A stretch of 64,000 bases of DNA, from positions 32,001 to 96,000 of the IMG/VR virus record IMGVR_UViG_3300025735_000007. One strand, written 5' to 3'. Of the stretch, positions 27,755 to 36,377 are shown piece after piece (positions within the stretch are counted from its first letter, which is position 1; each line of letters begins with the position of its first letter). The stretch is from a virus. Its lineage: Duplodnaviria; Caudoviricetes. The translations under genes and the position numbers were made by a program. The notes under the pieces were generated by a model. It made no database searches and was not told the DNA's origin. It was given only the letters and a program-made list of their open reading frames with translations.

Positions 27755-28213
27755 ATGAGCACCCCCGAACAAGCCCGCGCCGAACAACTCGCTTATGGCC
27801 GCAGCACGCTGCGCACGTCCAGCGAATACCGCGGCCGCGCCGATACCGCCACGCGCCCCTATGAACGCTCGTCCGGCACGCAGCGCGCGCCGCTGCGCGT
27901 CGTCGGCTCGAAGGGCCACGACGTCATTCTGAAGGCCATGCAGGAGAACGGCCAGCATGCGACGATCATCACCCTGGACGGCGAGAAGTTCGAAGGCGTG
28001 GTCACGGGCCGCGACAAGTTCACGATCACGCTGAAGACCAAGCATCCGGACGTTCTTCGCGCAGGGCGCGGCGAGACGATTCGCCGCGTGTTCTACAAGA
28101 GCGCCATCGAGCAGTTCTGGGGCGAGGAAGCGCGTCGCGACATTCACGACACGACCCGCGACGAAGAAGGCATCGCTGATCTGAAGGCGCTCTCGAAAGC
28201 GGTGGTGAACTGA
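27755..28213 (+). CDS. Hfq/Sm-like RNA-binding protein
   Basis: HDVILKAM...ITLDGEKFEGVVTGRDKFTITL...FYKSAI aligns by eye with Hfq QDPFLNAL...[22 protein letters not shown]...VYKHAI. Confidence 0.65.
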   Translation: MSTPEQARAEQLAYGRSTLRTSSEYRGRADTATRPYERSSGTQRAPLRVVGSKGHDVILKAMQENGQHATIITLDGEKFEGVVTGRDKFTITLKTKHPDVLRAGRGETIRRVFYKSAIEQFWGEEARRDIHDTTRDEEGIADLKALSKAVVN

Positions 28214-29607
28214 TGTCGGCCGCCGCACCTGCACTGAGCGTAGTGCCGGCGGCGAGCGCGGCGGAAGAACCCGCAGTTGAGAAATTTAATTTCGACGGCG
28301 AGTTCCAGGCACGCATCGCCGCACTGACCTTGCGCGACACGACGTTCAACCAGCTCGTCGACGGATTGCTCAAGCCTGAATACTTCGAGTCCGAGATCGA
28401 GGCGTATCTCGTGGGCGTCGTGCTGCGCTACTACGGGAAATACAAGAAGGCGCCCGCCGGGCTTCCCATCTACGCGATGCTGATCCGTGAAGACCTCGAG
28501 GCGAAGGTGCTGCCCAAAGCGCTCGCCACCGCGGCTGTGGGGCGGCTCAAGGAGCTCTTCTCGGTCGATATTTCGGATCGCGACTACGTGGTCGATCAGG
28601 TCGCCACGTTCGCCCGCCATCAGGCGGTGCAGGACGCGATGTATAAGGCGATTCACAAGCTCGACAAGAAAGACTTTGACGGCATCGCGTCGGTCATGCG
28701 CACGGCGCTCGACGTGGGTGCCAACCAGGACGGCGACTGCTACGACTTCGCCGAAATGGTCGATCACCGCACGGGCATCCGGCTCGAGCGCGCGGCGGGC
28801 AAGCTGCCGCCGATGGGCATCACAACGGGCTACAGGCCGATCGACGAGCTCCTGTATCACAAGGGCTGGGGAAAGAAGGAGCTCTCCGTCATTCTCGGAG
28901 GCGCAAAGGCCGGCAAGACGACCGCGCTGATCGACTTCGGCATCAACGCGTGGGCAGACGGCAAGAACGTGCTGTATGCGTCGCTTGAAGTCGGCCGCGA
29001 TGTGATCGCCGACCGGATGGACTCGAACATCAGCGCGCAGGCGATGATGGAAATGCACCACCACACGCACGAGGTCCGCGCGAAGGTGGCCGAGTTCGCG
29101 CAGAAGGCGTTGCGCGCCGACGGCTCTAAGGCGAAGTTCATTGTCCACGAGTTCCCGACCGGCTCGCTGAAGGTATCGGACCTGCGTCGCTTGATCGAGC
29201 GCTACCGCTCGCAAGGCATCCTGTTCGATCTGGTCGTGGTCGACTACGCGGACCTGATGTGCCCGGAGCGTCACACCGACAGCGCGGTCGAGAACTCCAA
29301 GTCGATCTACGTGGATCTGCGCGGTCTCGCGATTCGCGAAGAACTCGCCGTGCTTACTGCGACACAATCGAACCGCAACGGGATCAACGCGAACATCATC
29401 AAGGCCGAGCACGTCGCAGACGACTTCAACAAGATTCGTATCGCCGACATCGTGATCTCGATCAACCGCACGGATGAAGAACGCGCGGCCGGCAAGGCGC
29501 GACTCTACTTCGCCGCGTCGCGTAATCAGGGCGGGGAGTTTACGATTGAGATCGAGCAGGCGTTGGACCGGATGAAGTTCATTACCCGCGTGCTCGGATT
29601 CGTTTAA
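28213..29607 (+). CDS. dnaB: Replicative DNA helicase (DnaB/SF4)
   Basis: GITTGY, GGAKAGKT, SLE, VVVDYADL, TATQSNR motifs. Confidence 0.88.
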   Translation: MSAAAPALSVVPAASAAEEPAVEKFNFDGEFQARIAALTLRDTTFNQLVDGLLKPEYFESEIEAYLVGVVLRYYGKYKKAPAGLPIYAMLIREDLEAKVLPKALATAAVGRLKELFSVDISDRDYVVDQVATFARHQAVQDAMYKAIHKLDKKDFDGIASVMRTALDVGANQDGDCYDFAEMVDHRTGIRLERAAGKLPPMGITTGYRPIDELLYHKGWGKKELSVILGGAKAGKTTALIDFGINAWADGKNVLYASLEVGRDVIADRMDSNISAQAMMEMHHHTHEVRAKVAEFAQKALRADGSKAKFIVHEFPTGSLKVSDLRRLIERYRSQGILFDLVVVDYADLMCPERHTDSAVENSKSIYVDLRGLAIREELAVLTATQSNRNGINANIIKAEHVADDFNKIRIADIVISINRTDEERAAGKARLYFAASRNQGGEFTIEIEQALDRMKFITRVLGFV

Positions 29608-29617
29608 GGAGGGATCA

Positions 29618-29824
29618 ATGGCTGCATTGACAGGGCGGGCGCTTTTTCTCGAAAAGTCAGCGCTTCACGATTTGCTCGACGAGCTGGAAGAGGCCGACTA
29701 CAAAACGTCGACCGTGGAGGAGTTCAGTTCGCTGGGTGAGGCGATGATTGCCGCCGGCATGACCGGCATCGCCGAGAAGCTGCGCAGTCTCAAGGCAGCA
29801 GTGGCAGGCGAGTATGGCGACTGA
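29618..29824 (+). CDS. Small hypothetical protein
   Basis: Strong AAGGAGG RBS. Confidence 0.55.
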   Translation: MAALTGRALFLEKSALHDLLDELEEADYKTSTVEEFSSLGEAMIAAGMTGIAEKLRSLKAAVAGEYGD

Positions 29825-30914
29825 CGATCTCAACGAGCTCCTCGAGCGCGTGGACATGGCTGCGTGGCTCGATCGCGAGGGTATCTCCTATCGGGAGACG
29901 CACGGGCGGTCGGGCCAGCAGCTTAACGTGCGCGAGTGCCCGACCTGCGGCAACCACGACTGGAAGGTGTATCTGAATGCCGAAACAGGCGTGGGCAACT
30001 GCTTCGGCGGCTCGCACCCGCACGAGGAGCGCATCTTCACGAAGTATCGGTTCATCCGTGCCCATCTCGGCTGCCCGCCGGGTGGCGCGGTGGTCGAACA
30101 CATTCGACTGTTCGCGCATGAAATGGGCTGGCGGCCCGCACGACGAGTATCGGCCAAGGTCGAGAACGCGCCCGCTGCATGGTCGCTCCCGCAGCACGTC
30201 ACGCTGCCGCACAACGGACGGAACATTCCGTATCTGGAGAACCGCGGGATCACCGCGGAGCTCGCGCAGTATTTCCATCTGGGCTACTGCCCGAAGGGCT
30301 CCAGCTTTCGCTACCTGACCGAACAGGGCTATGCCTTTCAGGACTACAGCCGGCGCATCCTGATCCCGGTGTATGACCTCGACGGCAAGATCGCGACGTT
30401 CCAGGGTCGCGATGTGGTGGGCACTACCGAGAAGAAATACCTGTTCCCGCCGGGCATCGACGGATCGGGCGTGCACCTCTTTAACGGGCTGAACGTCCGT
30501 GACACGAAGCGCATCATCGTCGGTGAGGGCGCTTTTGACGTTGCGGCCACGAAGATCGCGATCGACGCCGATCAGGACTTGCGCGACGTGGTGCCGGTAG
30601 GCACGTTCGGCAAGCACCTGAGCTCCGGCAGCGAGAACAGCCAGTTCGCTAAGTTCATGGCCCTCAAGGCGCGCGGCGTCGAGGAGATCACGATCATGTG
30701 GGACGGCGAGATTCAGGCGACCGACGACGCGGTAGAGGCGGGCCTCATGCTGGCATCGAATGGCTTTCGCATGCGCATCGCGATGCTGCCGAAAGAGAAA
30801 GACCCGAACGAAGTGCCGGCCGAAGTCGTGCGCGCGTCGTTCTACCAGGCGACCGCGCTTAGCAAGCGCACGGCTGCCGAGATAAGGCTGAAACGTCGCA
30901 AAATGAACACATAA
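29814..30914 (+). CDS. DNA primase (Zn finger + TOPRIM)
   Basis: CPTC...C, YLENRGI, GEGAFD, WDGE, KDPNE. Confidence 0.88.
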   Translation: MATDDLNELLERVDMAAWLDREGISYRETHGRSGQQLNVRECPTCGNHDWKVYLNAETGVGNCFGGSHPHEERIFTKYRFIRAHLGCPPGGAVVEHIRLFAHEMGWRPARRVSAKVENAPAAWSLPQHVTLPHNGRNIPYLENRGITAELAQYFHLGYCPKGSSFRYLTEQGYAFQDYSRRILIPVYDLDGKIATFQGRDVVGTTEKKYLFPPGIDGSGVHLFNGLNVRDTKRIIVGEGAFDVAATKIAIDADQDLRDVVPVGTFGKHLSSGSENSQFAKFMALKARGVEEITIMWDGEIQATDDAVEAGLMLASNGFRMRIAMLPKEKDPNEVPAEVVRASFYQATALSKRTAAEIRLKRRKMNT

Positions 30915-30932
30915 GTAACGGGTTACTATACT
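30912..30932 (+). promoter_or_regulatory. Operator overlapping -10
   Basis: TAAGTAA CGGG TTACTAT-ACT. Confidence 0.7.
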
Positions 30933-30963
30933 GTGAGGTAATAGCGAATTCAGGGAGGGCGAA

Positions 30964-31440
30964 ATGTCCGGGTTCAAGATCAAGCGCCGATTCGCCCATC
31001 ACGAAGGCGGCGCGAAGGCTTATCAGATCCACGAGATCACCAATGGTGCGACAAGCGTCGTTGTTTTCCAGTTCGGCAAGTTCAGAACGGGCGATGACCC
31101 GGTGAGCATGGGCGGCACGATCGACATTCACGGCGCCTTCGGGGTGGCGGGCGCGATGCGCGAAGCCGACAACAAGGAAAGCGTAAAGACGCGCAGGGGC
31201 TACAAGGAATGGGAAGTCGATACGGCCGTTTTCGCGACCAAAGCAGAGCTCCGAGAAGTGCTGGTGAAGATGTTTGGCGCGCACAAAGCGGACACGATCC
31301 TTCAGTCCCTTGAAGCCGGGGCGGTGCCCGCTGTATCCGAAGAACCGCCAACACCCGGTGTCGAAAATAGCGTCAAGGGCAAAGAGAAAGCGCCCGCACC
31401 CAAAACTGAAGAATCCTTGCCCGAATGGGGCACCTGGTAG
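30964..31440 (+). CDS. WGR-like domain protein
   Basis: GGAKAYQI...VFQFGK...A...K...KTRRGY matches the WGR pattern, with FGK for WGR. Confidence 0.5.
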   Translation: MSGFKIKRRFAHHEGGAKAYQIHEITNGATSVVVFQFGKFRTGDDPVSMGGTIDIHGAFGVAGAMREADNKESVKTRRGYKEWEVDTAVFATKAELREVLVKMFGAHKADTILQSLEAGAVPAVSEEPPTPGVENSVKGKEKAPAPKTEESLPEWGTW

Positions 31441-31446
31441 GAGAGA

Positions 31447-32121
31447 GTGATGACCACCGAAGCCACGAAACCGATCCTGCCGCCGAGCGCCTCCGCCGAC
31501 GGCAAGCGCAACGCGTATTACACGCAGTGCAAGGCGATCGAGTCGACCAAGCCGTATGCGATGTGCCAATACATCATCGACCACCAGAACGACGGCTCGA
31601 TGGCGACCATCTATAGCGACTGCCTCAACGCGATCCGCCGGGGCAACTGCGCCGCGGTCGGCATGCGCGAGGAAGAGCTGCTCAAGGGCCAGGCGATCTA
31701 CTTCGTCGAGCGCGTGAAGGGTGCCGCGGTCGTCGCGCAGCAGGACGCGTGGGTGCCGCCAGTTCGCAAGGCGTCGCGCTCGGGCTACGTGCGTGACAAG
31801 TATGCCGCCGGCCGGCCGATCGAAGACGCGCCGCGTATCGCGATCCCCCGCCCAGCAGCGCCCGCACCGGCGAAGCCCGCCTACGAGTTCGACGGGAACA
31901 TCTACGCGGCGGCACTGAACGTCGCCATGAAGAAAGACGCTAGCGCAACTAACCGCCAGCCCGATCCGAGCCCGGCCGCTGCTGTCGCAGCGCCGACACC
32001 AACCCCAGTCAGCAAGCCGGTGGCCGCTTCCGCACCGGCTCCGACAGTCACGATCCGCGCAGGGGAGTCGCCGCTCGAGCTGGCACGCCGCCTTCGCGCC
32101 CAGCAGAACCAACTTTCGTAA
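31447..32121 (+). CDS. Hypothetical protein (Cys-containing N-domain, Pro/Ala tail)
   Basis: RBS and coding bias. Confidence 0.6.
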   Translation: MMTTEATKPILPPSASADGKRNAYYTQCKAIESTKPYAMCQYIIDHQNDGSMATIYSDCLNAIRRGNCAAVGMREEELLKGQAIYFVERVKGAAVVAQQDAWVPPVRKASRSGYVRDKYAAGRPIEDAPRIAIPRPAAPAPAKPAYEFDGNIYAAALNVAMKKDASATNRQPDPSPAAAVAAPTPTPVSKPVAASAPAPTVTIRAGESPLELARRLRAQQNQLS

Positions 32122-32129
32122 AACGAGGA

Positions 32130-32147
32130 TAAGTAAGCTATGACTCA
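32130..32147. promoter_or_regulatory. Operator over ligase start
   Basis: TAAGTAA GCTA TGACTCA. Confidence 0.7.
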
Positions 32148-33531
32148 CATGACATCCTGTCAGGCGCTCAACGCGATCGAGCGTATCGCGGCGACGTCGA
32201 GCAAGAACGACAAGCAGGCGATGGTGAAGCAGTTTCTCGCCTTCGGCACCTTCAAGCGCGTGCTGGTCGCGGCGCTCGATCCGCTCGTCACCTACGGCAT
32301 GCAGAAGGTGCCGGATCGCATCGAAGGCGCGGCGCCCGGCGCCAATACGTTCGAGAACGCGCCGATCTGGGAGACGCTCGACAAGCTCGCGAAGCGCCAG
32401 CTCACCGGCAACGAGGCATTGAGCGAAGTCCAGCGCCTCATGACCTTCCTCACGCCGCAGTCGGCCGAGCTCTTCAAGCGGATCATCCGCAAGGATCTGC
32501 GCGCGGGCTTCTCAGAGTCGACCGTCAACAAGGCGTGGAAGGGGCTGATCCGCGAGTTCCCGTATATGCGCTGCGCGCTGCTGAAGGACGCGAAGCTCGA
32601 TACGTGGACGTGGGCCGAAGGCGTGATCTCGCAGGAAAAGGCCGACGGCATGTTCATGAACCTCGACACCGAAGCGGGCGGCATCGTGCGCCTGACAAGT
32701 CGCGCTGGCTCGCCGTTCCCCATCGAAGCGTTCGAGGAGGTCGCGAAAGACGCGCGCAACACGTATGCGCCGGACACGCAGACGCATGGCGAAATGGTCG
32801 TATTCGTTGACGGCCAGATCGCCGCGCGCGAGATCGGTAACGGCATTCTGAATCGCGTTGCCGCGGGCGGCGCATTCGAGGCCAATGAGCGCCCTGTGTT
32901 CTATGCATGGGACCAGATCCCGCTAGAGGCAGTCGTGCCGAAGGGTAAATACGAGGTTGGTTATCGGGATCGTCTCAAGGCGCTGCTCACGCAGCAGGTC
33001 AAGAACGCGGGCGTCGATACGGCCATTCGCGTTATCCCGACGCGCATCGTGAAGTCATTTGAAGAGGCGATGGCGCACTACCGCGAGTTGCTCGCGAAGG
33101 GCAAGGAAGGCACGATCATCAAAAACGGCAACGCGATCTGGAAGGATGGCACGAGCAAGGAACAGATCAAGCTGAAGCTCGAAGTGGACGTCGATCTGAA
33201 GATCACAGGCATCGCACCGGGGCGCGCGGGCACCAAGAACGAGGGCCGCGCCGGCGCCTTCAACTGCTTGAGCGCCTGCGGCAAGCTGCGTGTCGATGTG
33301 ACGGTCAAGAACGAGGATTTGCGCGACGCAGTTGACGCGAACGGCGATGACTTCATCGGTCGCATCATCGCGGTGCGGGCGAACAGCGTCATGAAGCCGA
33401 GCGAGAGCAGCGAGTTCTATTCGCTGTTCCTGCCGCGCATGGTCGAGGCGAGCTATCGCGCCGACAAGACCGAAGCCGACAGCCTCGAATCGATCATCGC
33501 GCAGTTCGACGCGGCAGTGAAGGGGGCGTAA
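32140..33531 (+). CDS. ATP-dependent DNA ligase
   Basis: EKADG adenylation motif, HGEM, EGTIIK, KLK, LFLPR. Confidence 0.9.
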   Translation: MTHMTSCQALNAIERIAATSSKNDKQAMVKQFLAFGTFKRVLVAALDPLVTYGMQKVPDRIEGAAPGANTFENAPIWETLDKLAKRQLTGNEALSEVQRLMTFLTPQSAELFKRIIRKDLRAGFSESTVNKAWKGLIREFPYMRCALLKDAKLDTWTWAEGVISQEKADGMFMNLDTEAGGIVRLTSRAGSPFPIEAFEEVAKDARNTYAPDTQTHGEMVVFVDGQIAAREIGNGILNRVAAGGAFEANERPVFYAWDQIPLEAVVPKGKYEVGYRDRLKALLTQQVKNAGVDTAIRVIPTRIVKSFEEAMAHYRELLAKGKEGTIIKNGNAIWKDGTSKEQIKLKLEVDVDLKITGIAPGRAGTKNEGRAGAFNCLSACGKLRVDVTVKNEDLRDAVDANGDDFIGRIIAVRANSVMKPSESSEFYSLFLPRMVEASYRADKTEADSLESIIAQFDAAVKGA

Positions 33532-33782
33532 TGGAACAACTGACACTCCCCGCAATTCTCGCGGCATCGCCAGCGCCCTGGCGCTCGCAGGTGAACTTCG
33601 ATGGCATCGGCGGCTGCCGCATGCTCGACGCGAACGGCATCGAGGTGCCGCTCCTGTCGATGATCGCCTTCAGCGGCATCATGTCCGCGACGATCGCCGT
33701 GAAACAGGCAGAGGCCGCACAGGCAGCGCAAACGGCCAAAGCCGCGCAATATGCGAAGCAGCAGGAGGCGACCACATCATGA
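33531..33782 (+). CDS. Hypothetical protein
   Basis: Translationally coupled to ligase. Confidence 0.55.
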   Translation: MEQLTLPAILAASPAPWRSQVNFDGIGGCRMLDANGIEVPLLSMIAFSGIMSATIAVKQAEAAQAAQTAKAAQYAKQQEATTS

Positions 33783-34123
33783 AGCTCCGACTGTTCGAGC
33801 GCGCGCTCGTCGCGCTCGGCCTGGTGCAGCCGGTCGTCAAGGGCATCGCGGACGCGATCCGCGATAACCCCGAGACGTTCCGCATGCACAGCGGCAGCCG
33901 CACCTTCTCGTTCGTTGCACACCGCAGCCGCGTCTTTTCGGTGCTGCGCTTTGACAACGACGACAAGGCCGTGCCGGTGTTTCGCGTCATCAACAAGCTC
34001 GGCAACGAGATCATCACGCTGACGTGGTGGGATCGACTGGTGCTTGCGCTTGCGTGGCCCGATCACCTCCTGCCCGAGTATTACTTCAACCCGGGCATGC
34101 TCGCGTATTACGCGCACGACTGA
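33779..34123 (+). CDS. Hypothetical protein
   Basis: ATGA overlap, GGAGG RBS. Confidence 0.55.
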   Translation: MKLRLFERALVALGLVQPVVKGIADAIRDNPETFRMHSGSRTFSFVAHRSRVFSVLRFDNDDKAVPVFRVINKLGNEIITLTWWDRLVLALAWPDHLLPEYYFNPGMLAYYAHD

Positions 34124-34144
34124 CACAGCAGCGCCTCATCCACG

Positions 34145-34169
34145 AACCCGGCCAAGGGCCGGGTTTTTG
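34145..34169 (+). terminator. Intrinsic terminator
   Basis: AACCCGGCC-aag-GGCCGGGTT-TTT. Confidence 0.75.
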
Positions 34170-34237
34170 CATTGAGGAACGACTCGACACGGGGTAAACA
34201 GGGCCAGTATCATGTGCGGAATATTGGAGAAGGGCAC

Positions 34238-34639
34238 ATGGCCTATAAGACATTCACGCTCGGGGACTTGCGCGCGCTGCTCGCGCCGCTCCCAAATACC
34301 CGCAAGCAAGCGGTGCTCTACACTCTCGACACGCACGGCACGCTCGACCACACGATGATCCTCGGGTGGAAAGAAGCGCTGCGCATGCCCGCGAGCGACT
34401 TCGCCAAGGACATCATCCGGGCACAGCCGCGGCACCTGCGGCTCGATTACGTGTTCTGGGAGTATCACGAAAATGGGCAAGCAGCTCCGTTGTTCGGGCT
34501 CGAAGATAGCGTTAGCGAGGTTACTTTGGGTCGCAGCTTCGCTGACTTGCAGGCGCTCTACGATCGCATGATCTGGATCGACACGCAGGTCGAAGCGCTG
34601 AACTTCGTGCGCGACCTGAACATGGTGCTGGAGAGCTGA
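34238..34639 (+). CDS. Hypothetical protein
   Basis: GGAG RBS before ATG 34238; coding bias. Confidence 0.55.
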   Translation: MAYKTFTLGDLRALLAPLPNTRKQAVLYTLDTHGTLDHTMILGWKEALRMPASDFAKDIIRAQPRHLRLDYVFWEYHENGQAAPLFGLEDSVSEVTLGRSFADLQALYDRMIWIDTQVEALNFVRDLNMVLES

Positions 34640-35121
34640 TGGATTGGTCCATTGAAGGATGGTGGGTCTTGGTCAATGTGGTGGTAGCCGCATTGGGGCC
34701 GTGGATCGCCAACATCGTGCTCTGGGGATTGGAGCTCATCGGCGACCCAACAGCGGAGTGGCGGCAGGGGGACGCTTATAGGGATGGACAGATGGGTTTC
34801 GTGGCGGTTGGATGGAGTGCAGCCGCGCTTTATGATATTGCGACGCACCCAAAGCTCTGGCCGAATCCAAACCCGGGTTTGACACAGATGGGCCTGATCA
34901 TTGCGATTGTCGGCGGGGCGCTCTTTGCCGCTGCCGGCGCCCGCAAGCCTGTGGTAGGGCGATTGCCAGCCGCTATTGCCGGGCAGTCTCTATGGGCAAG
35001 AGTAAAGCGGCGGTTTTTCTTCTATCAGGCGTTCTCACTGACCCTTTTCTTTAGTCTGCTATCATTGTTCCTGATGCTCGCCGTGCATTTCAACGTCGCA
35101 CTGAGCGAAGCAAAACCGTGA
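34639..35121 (+). CDS. Accessory multi-pass membrane protein
   Basis: About four hydrophobic segments; atypical codon usage. Confidence 0.55.
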   Translation: MDWSIEGWWVLVNVVVAALGPWIANIVLWGLELIGDPTAEWRQGDAYRDGQMGFVAVGWSAAALYDIATHPKLWPNPNPGLTQMGLIIAIVGGALFAAAGARKPVVGRLPAAIAGQSLWARVKRRFFFYQAFSLTLFFSLLSLFLMLAVHFNVALSEAKP

Positions 35122-35122
35122 G

Positions 35123-35308
35123 GTGAATATGGATCATCAAGGCCAGCATTATCAGCATCAGGTCGAATTCTGGGTGTTCCTATTCGGCTGGGTGCTCGCG
35201 GGCGTCGGCTTCATTGCGATGGCGTTTAGCCTTGCGCCGCAGATCGGGCCTCTGGTCAGAGCGGTGGCAACCGCCGTTGCTCGATACTGGTCGAGCGTCA
35301 TATCGTGA
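35123..35308 (+). CDS. Small membrane protein
   Basis: One hydrophobic segment; start may be ATG 35129 after GAGGTG. Confidence 0.45.
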   Translation: MNMDHQGQHYQHQVEFWVFLFGWVLAGVGFIAMAFSLAPQIGPLVRAVATAVARYWSSVIS

Positions 35309-35330
35309 GTCCGGTCAGCTAGTAACTGAC

Positions 35331-35564
35331 TTATCCGTTCCCGTAGTTTTCATCGATCCAGCGCTTCACCGAAGCCGTCGACCGAGTCTCCGCCTGTTCG
35401 CGTGTCTCGAAGTCGCCGAGGTTACTGAATACGAAGTGCTTCCCGAGGTAGTCTTCCTCGGTCGCATGGCACTCGATGACCGCGCAAGCACGATACAGTT
35501 TGCCGAACATTATCGGTGCGGCGTCAATCGACCACTCGCAATACTCGCTGTTCCGGCTCATCAC
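35331..35564 (-). CDS. Small hypothetical protein
   Basis: GAGG RBS; last gene of a minus-strand three-gene unit. Confidence 0.5.
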   Translation of the reverse strand: MMSRNSEYCEWSIDAAPIMFGKLYRACAVIECHATEEDYLGKHFVFSNLGDFETREQAETRSTASVKRWIDENYGNG

Positions 35565-35570
35565 GGCGCC

Positions 35571-35777
35571 TCACTTCGATTTTGCTGCCTGCGGATCGAT
35601 GCCATGCGCTCGCAGAGTCGCACGAAGTTTCCGGTTGTCGACGTAAAGGCAAACCACCGCCACGATCGTGACAACAGGGAAAAACCACTGCCCCGAAAAA
35701 TGCAGGATCACCCAGGCTCCAGCCGCGCATGCGGCGGCGGCCAGTAGCAGTGCAACTTTGTCCATGGTCGGGCTCAT
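35571..35777 (-). CDS. Small two-TM membrane protein (immunity-like)
   Basis: ATG overlaps the upstream stop; two hydrophobic helices and a basic tail. Confidence 0.55.
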   Translation of the reverse strand: MSPTMDKVALLLAAAACAAGAWVILHFSGQWFFPVVTIVAVVCLYVDNRKLRATLRAHGIDPQAAKSK

Positions 35778-36226
35778 GAGAAACGACGCCCCGCAACGAA
35801 TGCATAGTTCGAACGGGAGGCCGTGTTCATCATGACCTCCGGATGGCGACTCAGGTAAGCATACATCGCAGCCGGGATGACAACACCGGTGCGTGATGCC
35901 CACTGGCGAACTGATGAAGTGGCCGCGACCTTGTTTGTGCACACCATCGCCACGTCTGCCGCAACGATCAGGCTACCGATAACGGCACCGATATACGCAG
36001 AGGCGCTCAGCGCGCCCACAATACCCAGCAATTCCAGGCCGGTCGTGGCGCCAATCATTTCAGCCACAGTAGCCGCCGGGCCAACGGCCTTAAAAGCATT
36101 GAGCATCGCGGCAAGGTTAGCCGTGGCGGTCTGCAAAGTCGAGAACAGGCTGTTCGGCGCCGGCAAACCGAGCGCTGCCATATTTTGCTGAAACGCTCTC
36201 GCGAAATCACCACAAACCACGGCCAT
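35774..36226 (-). CDS. Gly/Ala-rich hydrophobic protein (bacteriocin/pore-former-like)
   Basis: GAGG RBS; long GxxxG/AxxxG-rich hydrophobic core. Confidence 0.55.
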   Translation of the reverse strand: MAVVCGDFARAFQQNMAALGLPAPNSLFSTLQTATANLAAMLNAFKAVGPAATVAEMIGATTGLELLGIVGALSASAYIGAVIGSLIVAADVAMVCTNKVAATSSVRQWASRTGVVIPAAMYAYLSRHPEVMMNTASRSNYAFVAGRRFS

Positions 36227-36311
36227 AGTAAGCCTCACTAGAATCGAATTGTCTAATGATAGCAAAGGACAAACGAAGCCAAGGCATATCATGAAGAGAG
36301 GCTATGATGCT

Positions 36312-36346
36312 TTCTCCACAAGCTTATGCACAGAAATTGTGGATAA
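36312..36346. promoter_or_regulatory. Cluster of three DnaA-box-like 9-mers
   Basis: TTCTCCACA 36312-20, TTATGCACA 36324-32, TGTGGATAA 36338-46 (perfect box on the minus strand). Confidence 0.55.
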
Positions 36347-36377
36347 CGTCCTCGACGCGGGGCGCGCACGGGTGCGG

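Noticed and set aside
34238-34639. Faint resemblance to a tyrosine-recombinase core fragment
   Set aside because: No catalytic R, HxxR or Y motif recognisable; left as hypothetical
35316-35333. Operator half-sites (also near 48909, 54415, 57655, 60210)
   Set aside because: Only one arm matches, so they were not counted as full sites
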